DNA of 59,497 bases, counting the filler, from Porpidia crustulata (Eukaryota), in the NCBI GenBank assembly GCA_964255105.1. It is 8 parts of 8 records of this genome, joined end to end, with 100 filler letters (N's around TTAATTAATTAA, not from the genome) between each part and the next. Parts side by side here need not be neighbours in the genome. Positions count along the whole stretch, not along the records: positions 37,286 to 44,627 come from CAXUWE010001349.1; positions 44,728 to 52,063 come from CAXUWE010001350.1; 6 more parts are not named here. One strand, 5' to 3'. Each line of letters begins with the position of its first letter. Positions within the stretch are counted from its first letter, which is position 1. Both the position numbers and the translations under genes were made by a program. Of this stretch, positions 37,915 through 50,254 are shown piece after piece. The notes beneath the pieces are model-generated. The model made no database searches and was not told where the DNA came from. It saw only the letters and a program-made list of their open reading frames with translations.

Positions 37915-38142
37915 ATGGCTACTCCTATGCTGAATCGTCGCTTGATTCGCACAGAGGCAGGACTTATTGGTCTTGGACCGAAATTGACAAGAGGAGCCGA
38001 GGACTTTGTTGCCCTTTGTGAGGGAGGTGCGTTGCCTTTGATTGTCAGACCGAAACAGGACGACTGGGAGATTGTTGGGGAATGCTATCTCCCCAATATC
38101 ATGAAAGGGGAGATTTATGATTCCATCGAGCATGATTTTTAA
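37915..38142 (+). pseudogene. Isolated C-terminal fragment of a HET-6OR-like protein
   Basis: RRLIRTEAGLIGLGP..DFVALCEGGALPLIVR..WEIVGECYLPNIMKGE is the typical HET-6-like C-terminus. No HET domain is found upstream. Confidence 0.75.
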
Positions 38143-38614
38143 GACCATGTGGTTTGTCTAAGTCCGGAGTCAAGTATTGTTTGGATCCCTTTGCAGTTGC
38201 CAGGCTGCATCTTCCTATGTTCGCTCGGCCGTCGCTTTCCGGGGAACTCCCATAGACGACGTACTAGTAATATTGATGGCGACGGCGCAGATCGATAGTG
38301 AGGGAGAGGACTTTGATAGCAGGAGCTAATACCAGGCCAGGGCAGCGGGATGGGTGGTTAGGGCATCATTAGGGAGCAGATGCAAAGGTCGCTTGAGACG
38401 GCGTGACGGTAGGCCGAAAGCGGGCTGCATACCTTTCAACGTGAATGCAGGCTCAGTGAATGATGTTGTCAAGGCATTGTCATAATCACTACGGATTGAC
38501 AATGATAATTGAATTCAATGGACGATCCGTTCTGCATCAAAGAAAATGAAAGAAAGGGTGTTTAAGAAGGAAAATAGTAAATCCGGCCGCACGATACGTA
38601 AATATGTATTGTAT

Positions 38615-38825
38615 ATATACCCCAAACTTAGAATAGGGAATTGCCGTTTCGAGACGGAAAAGGAAGCAGCGCCGCTTTTGAGGGAGCAGCGAGAGAGCAA
38701 TAAAGGGGTACGAGAGAGCACGCGGGAGCACCGAGGGAGCATCGAAGAGTCACAGAGGGCGCAGGAGAGAGCACAGAGGGAGCATGAAATGCGTTCCTAG
38801 CCTCTCGGCTTGGACTGGCCTGTTA
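38615..38825 (+). mobile_element. Dispersed repeat copy A (non-autonomous element or relic with GAGGGAGCA motifs)
   Basis: Aligns by eye to the reverse complement of 51683-51990: ACCCCAAACTTAGAATAGGGAATTGCC vs ACCCCGAACTAAGGATTGGGGATTGCC, and GAGGGAGCAGCGAG is shared. Confidence 0.7.
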
Positions 38826-38895
38826 GTTCTCCAGCACCTTAAAGCCCGCTTACTACCCAGTTTTCGCTGCCTTAAACGATGTCATTAACTCTCTC

Positions 38896-39300
38896 ATGAA
38901 AACGACTGATCCAGAAGAAGTGAAAGCACAAGTGCTTAGGATTAAGGCAATGGTCGACACTGCCTTAAGGCAGAACATAAATATGAAGGACGAGAGATAT
39001 GAGTTCAATCTATCAAACAACCCTGGGACAGGTAAGACTCGATGTTCAACCGCATTAACCGGGTTATTGATCGTGAACACGTTTGGCAAAACCGTCGTAG
39101 CTCGCCTCTACGCAAAATTCCTGACTTCCATGGATGTGTTATCAGGAAATGGATTCGTCGAGATCTCGGAATCTCGTCTTGCCAACGACGAGGTTGCTGG
39201 GGCCAAAAAATATATTGAGACGCTTGCCAATGCGGGTGGGGGTGCATTCTTCCTCGACGAAGCCTATCAGCTTACTCTCGGACATAATTATATTCGATTA
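38896..39300 (+). pseudogene. Fragment of a CbbX/SpoVK-type AAA ATPase domain
   Basis: VKAQVLRIKAMVDT..RQ..NPGTG|KTVVARLYAKFL..GGGAFFLDEAYQL gives Walker A and B. A retained intron has a degenerate acceptor, and the flanks are not coding. Confidence 0.7.
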
Positions 39301-40566
39301 ATCGAGAAGGGGAAGAACCCATTGCACATCCAGGAAACACTCACATTTCTCGATGAGCAAAGAAACAAACAACTCCAACCAAGTAGCAAAATGACTCACG
39401 ATATAAAAGCCACACAAAAGCCAATCCTTTCGAAGGAAAACATATATGTCGCTCCTCTCTTCTTCTCTCCTTACCCACTTTTTCCCCATTCGCATCCTTA
39501 AATCCTTGCTCTACATCACACCGACCGAACATAAACAACCACTGTCGAAACACCCTCTAACGCCGTCCTCATTAATTACAGCTTCACCCAAACCACGGAG
39601 AACAACACAAGATGCCTGCCTATCTAGGCTTCCGACATCGAGAGAATGATAAACCACCTCTGGTCCCATTAAGGTACCTAACCCGACCTACCACCTCCCC
39701 AATCCCCAACAACGGCCCCACTCATCGCACCTGCCACCTCCAAGCCAGCACCGAAAACCACACCACCACTCTACCTAGACTCCACATATCCCCACACCGT
39801 ACCAAGCCCATGACAAGCTCTCCGCCGAACATTGCCATTCGCTCAAGCAGAACAACCAGCACGAAGGCCAGATTCGCCATCGCCAAGCTTGGTGCGCTGG
39901 AAGCGGAAAATCGTACGGTTTCAATACGGGGAGGGAGTATGATATGAAACGACAACAGTAAATATCAGTATTGGTATGGCTCGTCAAATAAGTTACGAGG
40001 ACGAGATCAGCACAGGGGACAGATACGATTTATGATGGTGGAAACAGGCTGACCTGACCCGCCGGGAAGGGAACAGCGTGAAATCCTATTTTTGCTCTTA
40101 TTGTAGAGATATAGATCAAGGTCAATGAAGAAACGAACAAACGCCACGACTGAAAGAGGTAGGTAGGTTAGGATGACAAGGAAGGAGTTGGGAGATAATC
40201 GATATTCAGTAAAGGACAGTCTAGATGTATTCGTAACATCCAAGAGCGAGCAGCTGACGCCGAATCCATGCGGTTGTACAGACCCGGTAAAACAACGCCT
40301 AACCCCCAGGGCACAGGATGAAAAAATAAAACCAAGGTCATTTTCGTATGCAAAGGTAAAGACGGATGGACAAACCCTCGTGACAGATGTGTGCCGTAGC
40401 CATTAAGTCATCGTTGACATGCGCTCGCGTGCACTATCTGTAGACAGATTTCAGAGATGTGGCTACTCTCTTCCCAATTCATCATAAGTCTTCCAGCAAT
40501 AGGAACGGGGAACCCAGATGCAATGGTATGCGAGTCATGAGTCTTTCTCAAGAGTCGAGATCGTGT

Positions 40567-41905
40567 TCAATGTGCGCTTGCAGTGGCTGTGGAGGATGGG
40601 ACGTCTGTCAATGGGCGCATGGTTGTCAGCAGCGCATCACCACTACGAGGGAAGCAGATGGAAAGTGCGGCTGATCTCTCAGTGGAGTGTTTGGGTTGTG
40701 TTGGACAAGGAGGAAGAGGAAGAAGGGTAAGGTACTTACCGGTTGGGCTGACACCAGAAATCGTTTTCGTGACCTCTTCTTTGCCTAGAATATATCGTGT
40801 TAGTCTGTGATGTGGCATGGCAGGGCCGAGCATGCCCAGGAACAAAGAGAATGATAGGCGTACCTGAGACCATATTCATCAGATAGAGCGCGCCATCGTG
40901 ATCTGAGTAGTCGTCGTAATGCACGGCTCCTACCTTGGCCTGTAGAGATTTTCGCGTTAGCATCACTCTTTCTAAACTACACTGGGAGTCACGGCCATTT
41001 ATTCGTAAACGACGGATGCGAAATTCCAATCAATATCACAAGTGTGTGGTTGCTTGCTCGACTGTGGTCTTGCAACGTTCGTATTTATGAAAAGACGGGC
41101 AGGATGAATTCAAGAATCCACATACCAGATAGCCATTGTAAACAGTGTCGTCTGTTGTCGAAGGGAACGTCGACAACTTGTCATATTGGTCCTGCGTAGG
41201 GTTCTCGAGGACCCAGACGCCCTTGGTTCCGTGCTCCCAGCCGAACAGGTCTGCGGGCCTGGTCCCATTACACTGGAGACTCGGAGTGGTGTCGACAATG
41301 TGCTAAGAAACATTCGGGCATCAGTGATATTCGTCATCTCCCCATTGTCAGTCGCTCACCTGCCATTCCTCAATCGACATGGCACCCTTCTCATCTCTCC
41401 GCTCCCTCTCTCTGCCCTCGAGGCTGGTGCTCCGTCGTTTCTTGGATCCGTATCCGTTGCTGGCTGGCCTGATATTCGCAAAGCCGGGAGGCGCGGCGAA
41501 GGCAGGGATGAGGCTGCCCGTCCTCGATTTCGACGGATCACCCGGGGGGATCGGGAGCCAAGTGCCGCCTCCTCCATAACCCGGATATAAGTTCGAACCG
41601 GTGTCGGTCAGACACACGGACGTGGGATCCCCATCTGAATCCATTATACGGCCACATGCCGACACTGACCCTTCATTGTGCCAATTCCCCACGCCTCCGG
41701 GGAGGGTAAAGATCCCCACGTAGACGGACATAATGCGGCCGACAATGTTGTCGGGGAACACGCAGCAGAAATTGGAGGGAATGTTCCTGCACGTTGTGAC
41801 GGGTGGCTGCCCTGGATAGGCCGCACATTCATCGTTGCGCCAAGCGACGATATTCACCGCTGAGGCCACACTCAACAAGGACGCAGCAAGGCAGAGTGAC
41901 CGCAT
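40567..41905 (-). CDS. Secreted Cys-rich protein of unknown function, about 5 exons
   Basis: Signal peptide MRSLCLAASLLSVASA, TCRNIPSNFCC and internal KKRR. Intron 41303-41359 and further GT-AG introns continue the frame through HIVDTTPSLQC.., AKVGAVHYDDY.. and GKEEVTKTISGVSPT to ..STATASAH*. The 3' exons are less certain. Confidence 0.7.
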
Positions 41906-42135
41906 GTTTCGTCGTTGCGTATCGAACACGATGATAAGGTCGTGGTGTAAATCGCGCTTCAACGAACAATCAATCAATCGTCCAGCGAGAGACTGACAGA
42001 TGGACTGCTGAATATTGGGAGCGTGAGGGTCTGTAGAGCAGGCGCGGCAGAAGTACGAGCACGGATGGTCTGCTCGATGTCGAAATGTACGATGAAGGTG
42101 ATTGCTCTCTTCACGGCTGCCAGTAGAGAAAGATT

Positions 42136-42136
42136 G

Positions 42137-42172
<36 letters not shown>
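42136..42172 (+). repeat. (GAT)n microsatellite
   Basis: About 12 GAT units read directly. Confidence 0.92.
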
Positions 42173-43572
42173 GTGCCTGTAAGAATGATATCGTTCGACT
42201 GGCTCCTGGTCAACGTGCTCGCTGCGCTCTTTTATACATCATCGAAGAGGATCTGTTGCCCGATAGCTCTATCGAGCCTGGTACTCATGAAACACCAAGC
42301 TTCTATCTTCAGCGACGTATCTCAGCATCAAGATCCCTCTGAGCTCTATCCGTATGCTTGATGTATGAGACCTGCCCTGCTATCGTGAGAGAGTGACCGC
42401 CGCAGCAGTCGTGCGTACCAGGCTGGACAATCCCCCTTGATTGATCACGGCAGCGATCCTGGCGCTTGTATACTGAGGATGTCCCCAGTATCACCTCCAT
42501 GTCCAACGCATGCGACCGTGTGATTCTGTCGTCCAACATTGCCACGACCATCGCATGTCTGACTCCGCCAAAACCTTCTGTGGGCAGTGTTGAATCTCGT
42601 TGTAAATTGCGAGCGGGATGAATCAGCATCCTATCTTTCTCCGCAGTCGGTCGACTGCAATAGCAACCACAGGCGTCTTTGTTTCAGGTTTCCTTCTGGC
42701 ATTCAGTTGGCCTGAAACAAGGACACCATGTAGAACTGGGTACCGACCCCAGTCGAAACACCACTACCAACGCTGATAGTAGAGTACGGTACTCCCGATC
42801 TGTCGAGCCCCCCCAAAACAGAGCTCTGGGGAACCAGGTGGACAGATAAAGAACAGATAATGAGGGACAATCATGGGCTTCTAGGGACTCTGCGAAGATT
42901 GTAGGAACTCGTCCAAAGGGAACAGCCACCAAGCGTCACCCCAAAGACATCATCGAAGTTCAAGTATGGCTTCATAAGATAGACCGGATTTGGGGGAAAT
43001 TTACGTCCGTAAACCCCTTGTAGAATAGCGCTACATAGCAATCATACCTTACGGCGTAGATAGCTGGGATAGCATAGTGATACACTCCTACTGTTCCGAC
43101 TCCTCCAACTCCAACTACTCCTACTCCTAGCGCGTTTTGTAACCTAACACACTCGATCGCGAAACAGAAGACGGAGCTGTCTAGCCTCTATTCTATTCTC
43201 CTCGTCTTCCTGTCATGTTGCACGCTTCCTGGATGGCTTCACTGCCTGGTGATGGCACATCCTGTCAAGTTCTCGAAGGCAGTACACTCTCCTCTCTCTA
43301 CGTGGTGCTTGGTGCCTTCTCACACCTCTACCACGATCCGACAAACGTGAAGGATCCTGGAGTCGACTACAAAAGCCTCGCGAGTCCGCCTCGAAAGTCA
43401 TCAACAAAACTCAGATCTCCATCAATCAATCACAATCGTGCAAAGGAAACGCCGAATAGCCTCTTGTAATCAAACATCGCCCTCAATACACCTCTGATTC
43501 CCATCACGGCCTCAAAGCCCACCTTCAAACCTCAAGTTACTGCGTAACGTCAACATCCATATCCTACTCGAT

Positions 43573-44068
43573 ATGTACACCACTCCACTCGTCGTCATGG
43601 CCCTCTGCGCCCTCACCTCCCTCGCAAACCCGACCCCAGACCTCGAGAAACGATACACTAAAACCCGCATCACCCAGTTCGGTGAAAACAAATGGTAGGT
43701 CATCGTGCACCCCTTTCTCTCCTGCCACACCTCACACATCCCCAAAACCCACAAAGACTAACCTGACCCTCTCCCCCTGTTTTAGCGTCACCAAATCCCT
43801 CTACGAAGCCAAATCCTGGTCAGTGGGCTGTGTCGATATCGACGGGCAGACCAACGGATTCAACATGGCTCTCGGCAGTGGGCCCCGGGGCCACAGCAAC
43901 GTCCGGGCCTACTCTGAGACGGGCTGCCCTGCCAACGCAGACATGGGAGTGATCCCCGCCATCAATGGCGAAGAGCCTGATACGGGCTCGTGCGTGGATG
44001 CGAACAATTACATGATGACCGAGCCGAATTTTTACGGACATCGCATCAATTCGGTTAAATTTGTGTAG
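43573..44068 (+). CDS. Small secreted protein, 134 aa, with Kex2 pro-peptide (LEKR) and 4 mature Cys, 2 exons
   Basis: MYTTPLVVMALCALTSLANPTPDLEKR-YTKTRITQFGENKC. Intron 43695-43785 (GTAGGT..CTAAC..TAG). Exon 2 ends RINSVKFV*. Confidence 0.82.
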
Positions 44069-44627
44069 AGAAAGGGCCACAGCGCTTCGTGGTGAACTGG
44101 GAAGGGATCTGATAGGGTCAATCAGGGTGTTTGAGTGAGGGATGGATGGATAGGAGGACTGGGACGGTTTGTTTGGGTGGTGGTTGATGGAAGCAGGGGC
44201 GTTCTTTTGCCGGTGAATGGGTCGATAGACAGTGCTTGTTTTGGGGCAGATATACTGTAGAACAGAATATGCATTGCTCAGCTGTTGACAGAAGCGATAT
44301 CTCCAGAATCGTGGTCCCACGTGACTGACTACCTTTCATCAAAACAATAATCAAATCTACGACTTTGCGATCTGAATGATACGTAGTAGTGCATTGATTT
44401 GATACCTCTCGGAGTGACGGCACTCACAGTCACGACCGCTCACTCGTCGACCTGCAACATCTCCACATCCTACGCTACGCAGCATCCTCGCATGCATGCG
44501 GGCAGTGTATGTTTCAACAACAATTCCCGAATCCCTCCATGCAACCATTGTGTCCACACCTATAAGAATTACCACAACCTCCCTCTTCTCTCTCCTCCCT
44601 TCTCTTCATCACATCCCCCCCTCGTAC

Positions 44628-44727
44628 NNNNNNNNNNNNNNNNNNNNNNNNNNNNNNNNNNNNNNNNNNNNTTAATTAATTAANNNNNNNNNNNNNNNNN
44701 NNNNNNNNNNNNNNNNNNNNNNNNNNN
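44628..44727. other. Artificial contig spacer
   Basis: N44-TTAATTAATTAA-N44. Confidence 0.99.
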
Positions 44728-45518
44728 TATTTCTTCGTTGATTTACCCCCATAGCTAGGTAGTTAGGAGGCCCCTAACAATACAAAATTATAATAAATTT
44801 ATTAAAAGAGATTCCGCAAACAAAAATTAAAAGTTAATCGATCGTTGTTATAAAACGCACATTTGACATCGTCTTTTTATATATCTTGTTAAGGGTGCAC
44901 ATGAGGTGGCCCAGCCCTAAGCTAAGTAGGGTCTATCAACGAGGAAATAAATGCTAAGGAAGGAAGGAAATCCGGGTGGAGGGCGATATTTGGGGTGGTG
45001 GGAGATTAGCAATGCTAGGGCGCCGCTAGGCCCCATTAGGCTTGGCACCACCCTTGATCCGTTGGCCCGACGCTCAGCCCCCCTAGGGGCGCTAGCCCTA
45101 CCAGGCGCTGCTGGGGATGTTGGGGAAGGTCTGATCGTAACATATCTGATTGAAATTATTAGTTTTGCACTCAGATGTGTAACGCATAGATCGCTGAGTA
45201 AGCTTCGTAGCGGAATCAACTCAAAGGGGCTTGATCGTGACGCAGTCATTTACACGACTGAGAAATGAGGCAAGCTTCTGGGTTTATTATCAGTATGCTG
45301 ACTACATTGGTCATGGTCGAAACAAATCTGCTCGCTCGGACGTTCTATCTACCGCATAAGGAACCAGTACCTCGGTGTAAGGCTACTATGGCACAGTTTC
45401 CATACCTACACTAGACCTGATCGTAGTTGCGATGTACAAGACGATATTCGCGTCGTCCAATGAGTGGGAGTTTAGTCTAGTGGTATATGATCTATGGGAG
45501 AACCTAATCGACGACTTA

Positions 45519-45867
45519 AGAGTGGTGACGATACCGAATTGGAAGTAGTTTGGGTTGAAGCCCGGTCTGGAGACGGCCGTACCTGGGGTATTTGGGGCGC
45601 CTGGCTACTGACTGGTTTGAGACATAGCGAATGATCCGAAACGCTCTTGTCGGGCTTGTGACGCGCGATGAGGGTACCATGAGCGAACTATATATTGCCA
45701 TTACTTCAGTCGAGCTGTCTATGGACAAGCTCCCTTATTTCTTTCACTGCGTTGACTATGTCAAGCAGAACATTCTATGCCAAGCTGATATCACGCTCGA
45801 GTGGCGGTCCGAGTCCAACCCGGAGCATGTTGGTGGCTATGGAATTCCACATCAGTGCCGCAACTGG
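45519..45867 (+). pseudogene. Degenerate DUF3328/UstYa gene
   Basis: FHCVDYVKQNILCQADITLEW and GYGIPHQCRNW match the DUF3328 C-terminal consensus (HC-DY-RQ-I-C-AD-TLE; GWG-H-CRDW). Upstream VVTIPNWK*FGLKPG has stops, and the first HxxHC is lost. Confidence 0.8.
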
Positions 45868-46368
45868 GTAAGTTGAATACGCGATCCGCATGGCATGAGC
45901 TGCCGGCTGAGTAACGAAGTGCGCAGGGATGGTGGAGAATTATCCTACAGACCCAGCGTATCAGGTCTCTCGCTAGTGCCGTCAACCTGAGGCGCTCCAT
46001 TAGGCTTTTGGTACCTACTCACCTGCTACACTTAGCGAGTCTGGGCTCTTTTCGTCTTGCGGTCGAAAAGAGAAAATTAATGTGCAGGGTACGTAGTGGG
46101 ACAATGTGAACTGTATGACTTGGCGTACTTTAGGCAAGGCATCAATAAGATCCGGCGTTAAAGAGCTGGTTTTGGCGTCGCTCAGATGAGATGTTGAATG
46201 GCCAGCCACACTGCTTACGTTAACCCCTCAAAACCTCTAGTGTCATCACCTTGACCTCAGACGTATCTGTCGCAAGGCTGCTCTCGACCATTATGCCACC
46301 AGCCACTGCGATACTCATTTCCACGATTTCAATCCTTGATTGCGCACGATCCTGTTAGTCACCAAGCA

Positions 46369-48690
46369 ATGCGAAAGCGGCGCGGCTGGTTAGTGGGGCT
46401 GAGGCAAAAGTACAAGGGGAAAATAAGTGGTCCACAGGACAATGCACATAGCACTAGGATTGACAATCAACAAGGGGTTCGGATTGGGCGTGGTCAAGAA
46501 GAGGGTCACAGGCAGGGAGAAACAAATGATCAACAGAAAGATGTGTACAGCACCAGGCTTGATAATCAACGGAGGATTCCGATCGACCGCGGCGAAGACG
46601 AGGGCCATAGCCCTTTTGCTCTGCACATCTTGATACCCAAAGAACCTGATGAGGAGGTTATTGTGGATATCGTAGCGTTACACGGGCTCAATGGGCACTA
46701 CTGGAAAACTTGGACCGCAACTTCAGCCTCGGGAAAAGCAACGAATTGGCTCGAAGACTTTCTCCCTGAGCAAATACCAAATGCTAGAATCATGTCCTAC
46801 GGATACAATTCCACCGTTCAACTCAGCAAATCAGTCGCTGATATTGGCACCTTTGCCGAACAGCTTCTCCACTCACTGATAGCTAAGAGAAGGAGTAGAA
46901 CCGAGAGAAAAAGACCGGTTATTTTCATTTGTCACAGTTTGGGGGGTTTAGTGTTCAAACAGGTTTTCTCTCCTGACCCGCACAATCGTCACCATATTGA
47001 TCACTGTCAGTGCCTCGTAAGAGCCCGCGAGCGAGATCAATATGACGAACTTTTACGGAAGATCCGAGGCGTACCATTTTTCGGGACGCCGCACTGAGGG
47101 TCGTCTTTGGCAGATTGGAGAATAACTTTTGCCAACATACTCAACGTAGCAAGCCTTGGAAGCAGCACCAACTCTCAGCTTTCCGCAGACCTCAAAGAGC
47201 GTTCCAAAGTGCTTCAAAGTATCTCCAAGTCCTTTGTAGATCGATCGAAGCGATTGAGCATCATAAGCTTCTACGAAACCGACAAGGCAGACTGGCTAAG
47301 CTGTCGGGTATTGATTCCTCCCCTTGTCCTATCACACTCGTACTGATAGAGGTTCAAGGTCGTTGAAGAACAGTCTGCAGTTCTCGGTTTACCTGACGAG
47401 CTTGCCATACCTATAGATGGAAATCATCAAACTATGTGCAGGTTTAGCACTTAGGATGATGAGAGATACGCGAATGTATGGACGGACTTGCAAGACCTAG
47501 TTCAGAAGTGCCTTGTTGCTGGTATTTGTGACACAAGTGAGTAACCGCAACATCAGGATGAGGCTTCGAACAAATCTGAGCACGATCTACCAGTATTATC
47601 GGCCGAAGAGCAGCGTGAATGTGCTCGTTGTTTTCATAGATCATCCGCGTACGAATCTTACCGAGTCGTGAACCCCAACAGGGCTCCTGGTACTTGCGAG
47701 TGGGTCCTGCAGCATGAGAAATTCAATTGGTGGCGACAAGATCTTCAGACAACCTTTCTCTGGATGACCGCCGATGCTGGATGTGGCAAGTCGGTCCTAT
47801 CATCATTTCCCGTTGATCATTTAAGGAGTGAAGTATCGGAGCTTGGGACGCCAGCACTAGTCTGCCATTATTTCTTGAAAGATAGCAGCGCTCAGGGTAA
47901 TGCGACCAATGCTCTGTGTGCCATTCTCAATCAGATCTTCACCGACTCCCTCAGCCTGTTACCACACGCCTTCGAGGAATATGAGAGTCATGGGTCGGCT
48001 TTTCTCGAGAGCTTCGATGTGTTATGGAAGATTTTGCTCAGCCTGCTTCAAGACAGGAGTCGGAAGGGTATTTTCTTAGTCCTTGACGGTTTGGATGAGT
48101 GCGGAGAATCAACCAAAAGTATACTACTACAGTCAATCGTTGGGCTGTACGAATCATTAGCAAAACCTTGGGACCCGCAAAGAGAAGGGAAAAGGCAAGG
48201 CACTGTGAAAGAACTACCATTTTTCAAATTCTTCGTTACGAGTCGCCCAGATAATCCGATAAAAGCAGCTTTCAAAGACATCCCAAGATTGAGGGGTGAC
48301 AATGAGATAGAAGCAATCAGTCATGATGCCAATCTTGTGGTTGGATACTCGTTGAAAGAGTTGAGTATACCAGCCCAGTTGAAGCCAAGCGTACAAATCA
48401 AGCTAATCAATGGCGCGGACCGAACACATCTTTGGACAAGCCTAATTCTAAATTTACTCCAGGACGCAATAATCAATGCTGTCTCGGAAAGTGATATACA
48501 TTCAATTCTCAGCAGTCGTGATATCTACGATTTGTATAACCGTATGCTGCAGTGAAGCTCGAATCCAGTGCAAGCTCGTTTATTGTTACAGATCCTTGTG
48601 GCCGCTGCTAGACCTTTGACACTGGATGAAATGAACATCGCTTTATCAATCACGTCATCCCATCAAACTCTTGCCATACAGTTCAATTGA
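46369..48690 (+). pseudogene. Fungal NLR-like gene (SesB-like alpha/beta hydrolase + NACHT) with premature stops
   Basis: DIVALHGLNG, NWLEDFLP..ARIMSYGY, FICHSLGGLV, GTPH*GS, GTCEW, DAGCGKSVLS, LVLDGLDEC, FVTSRP and RPLTLDEMNIAL. Stops at about 47095, 47452 and 48553. Confidence 0.88.
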
Positions 48691-48889
48691 ATCTGTATTA
48701 TCTCTACACCTTATCAAATATGCTACCATGGCACACGATTCGGATGATACCCCTCCTTATAATCTACGTCCATTTCACATGGATCGTGGATCTATGCCAC
48801 TGTAGAAGACCCCGCAGTATGAATAGCTTTGGCCCCGTATGGTGCGAAACCCATTCACAGCTCAGGATGGAATGTGAAGACGACCGAAA

Positions 48890-49790
48890 CGGGCAAAAGA
48901 AGACTCTTCCTGCAGCGCTCCCACAGAAGCAGAAACGTGCCTTCACGAGCTCACATGGGTTGATAAAGCGGCAACAAATTGCCCCACAGTCTACAGCACT
49001 ACTTCTGTATCGAAACTCCCGACTGAATTGAGAAACATCATATACACAGCCGTCCTAAAGGGCTCGACCTCAATCCTCTGTATTGCGCAAAAATGGAAGA
49101 CCGTTCGTAGACAAGCGATGGATTTTTCTACCTACCAACGGTACTTGGAATGCTGGACCTGCCAGAGAGAGCCTCATACATCATGGAGCAACGATTACTT
49201 CCCCGCCTTGTCATTTCTACCAAGCTGCAGCGGACACGTGGACTAGATGACATACAGGAATACTAAACCAGCTCCACATGGAAACTTCCTGCCATTGCTT
49301 CTCACCTGCCGCCAGATATACGCTAAAAGCGTTGATCTACTCTACTCATCCTATATGTTCAGTTTCCATGAAGCTAGAGTACGCGTCTTTGCCTCCACAA
49401 CACTTTCACAGCGGCTCCATTCGATTCGAAAGCTGCACCTAGAATGAGAACTGCCATACCGGGACTCCAAATGCACCCTCAAATGCACCCATAAATGGCC
49501 TTGACTCGGATTGCAGTCGTGATGAAGAGCAGAAGTGGAGGAAGTTCTGCTTAACCGTGAACGGTATGAAAGATCTGCAAGAATTACGTATTGATATGTT
49601 CAAACTGGAGAAGCACCAGCACAAGCATAGGGAGGCCGAGAGTAAGGTTCTTCGACCCCTTTTACTCATGAAGCCCTTGCGCGTCCTTGTGATCAGACTA
49701 TCTTAGGATAGCTTAGGATTTGAGGATGAGAGTGCACCTCTTCGCATTGTGAGGCCTAGAGATCGACTGTGGGAAGGGGGACGAGTGAGC
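48890..49790 (+). pseudogene. Degenerate fungal F-box-like/DUF7730-type gene
   Basis: LRNIIYTAVL..LLPLLLTCRQIYAKSVDLLYSSYMFSF..RLHSIRKLHLE pattern, broken by stops and frameshifts. Confidence 0.55.
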
Positions 49791-50254
49791 GAGGACGGCA
49801 TTGAACTACATGAGTATCAGAATCTAGTACCTAGTGATATGGTGAGAAGTTACGAAAACTCTTGTGTCTCATTCAATGTGCTTGGTAAAAGCGTTGCAAG
49901 TTCTTGATACAGTCATAATCTAATAGCATAGCCGATTCTCGATTCACAAGCCGTCTCCTTGTCACAACTCTCGAAGTGATGACGAAAAATCTTGTTGCTA
50001 CCAGTGTTTTTCTTCAAAAAGCCACGGATAGAGATCGCACTTGACTGATCGATCACTCAAGTAGCCCAATGCCTACATGGCCGCCTAGATCAAAATGCCT
50101 TGTGGATAGAATCGTCGAACGGGGCATAGTTGGGTAAGAATGTTGTACAGCAAAACATAATCAACGAGAAAGATTGAAATGATTATCGGATAGGCAGATG
50201 AGATATCATGGTTGGTAATTTGCCATCTGGCATATAATATTCCTATGAGATACT

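Noticed and set aside
44900..45130. CTAG/TAG-rich GC segment with an imperfect inverted repeat, possible RIP-mutated transposon end
   Set aside because: There is no second copy or coding remnant in the window to support it.
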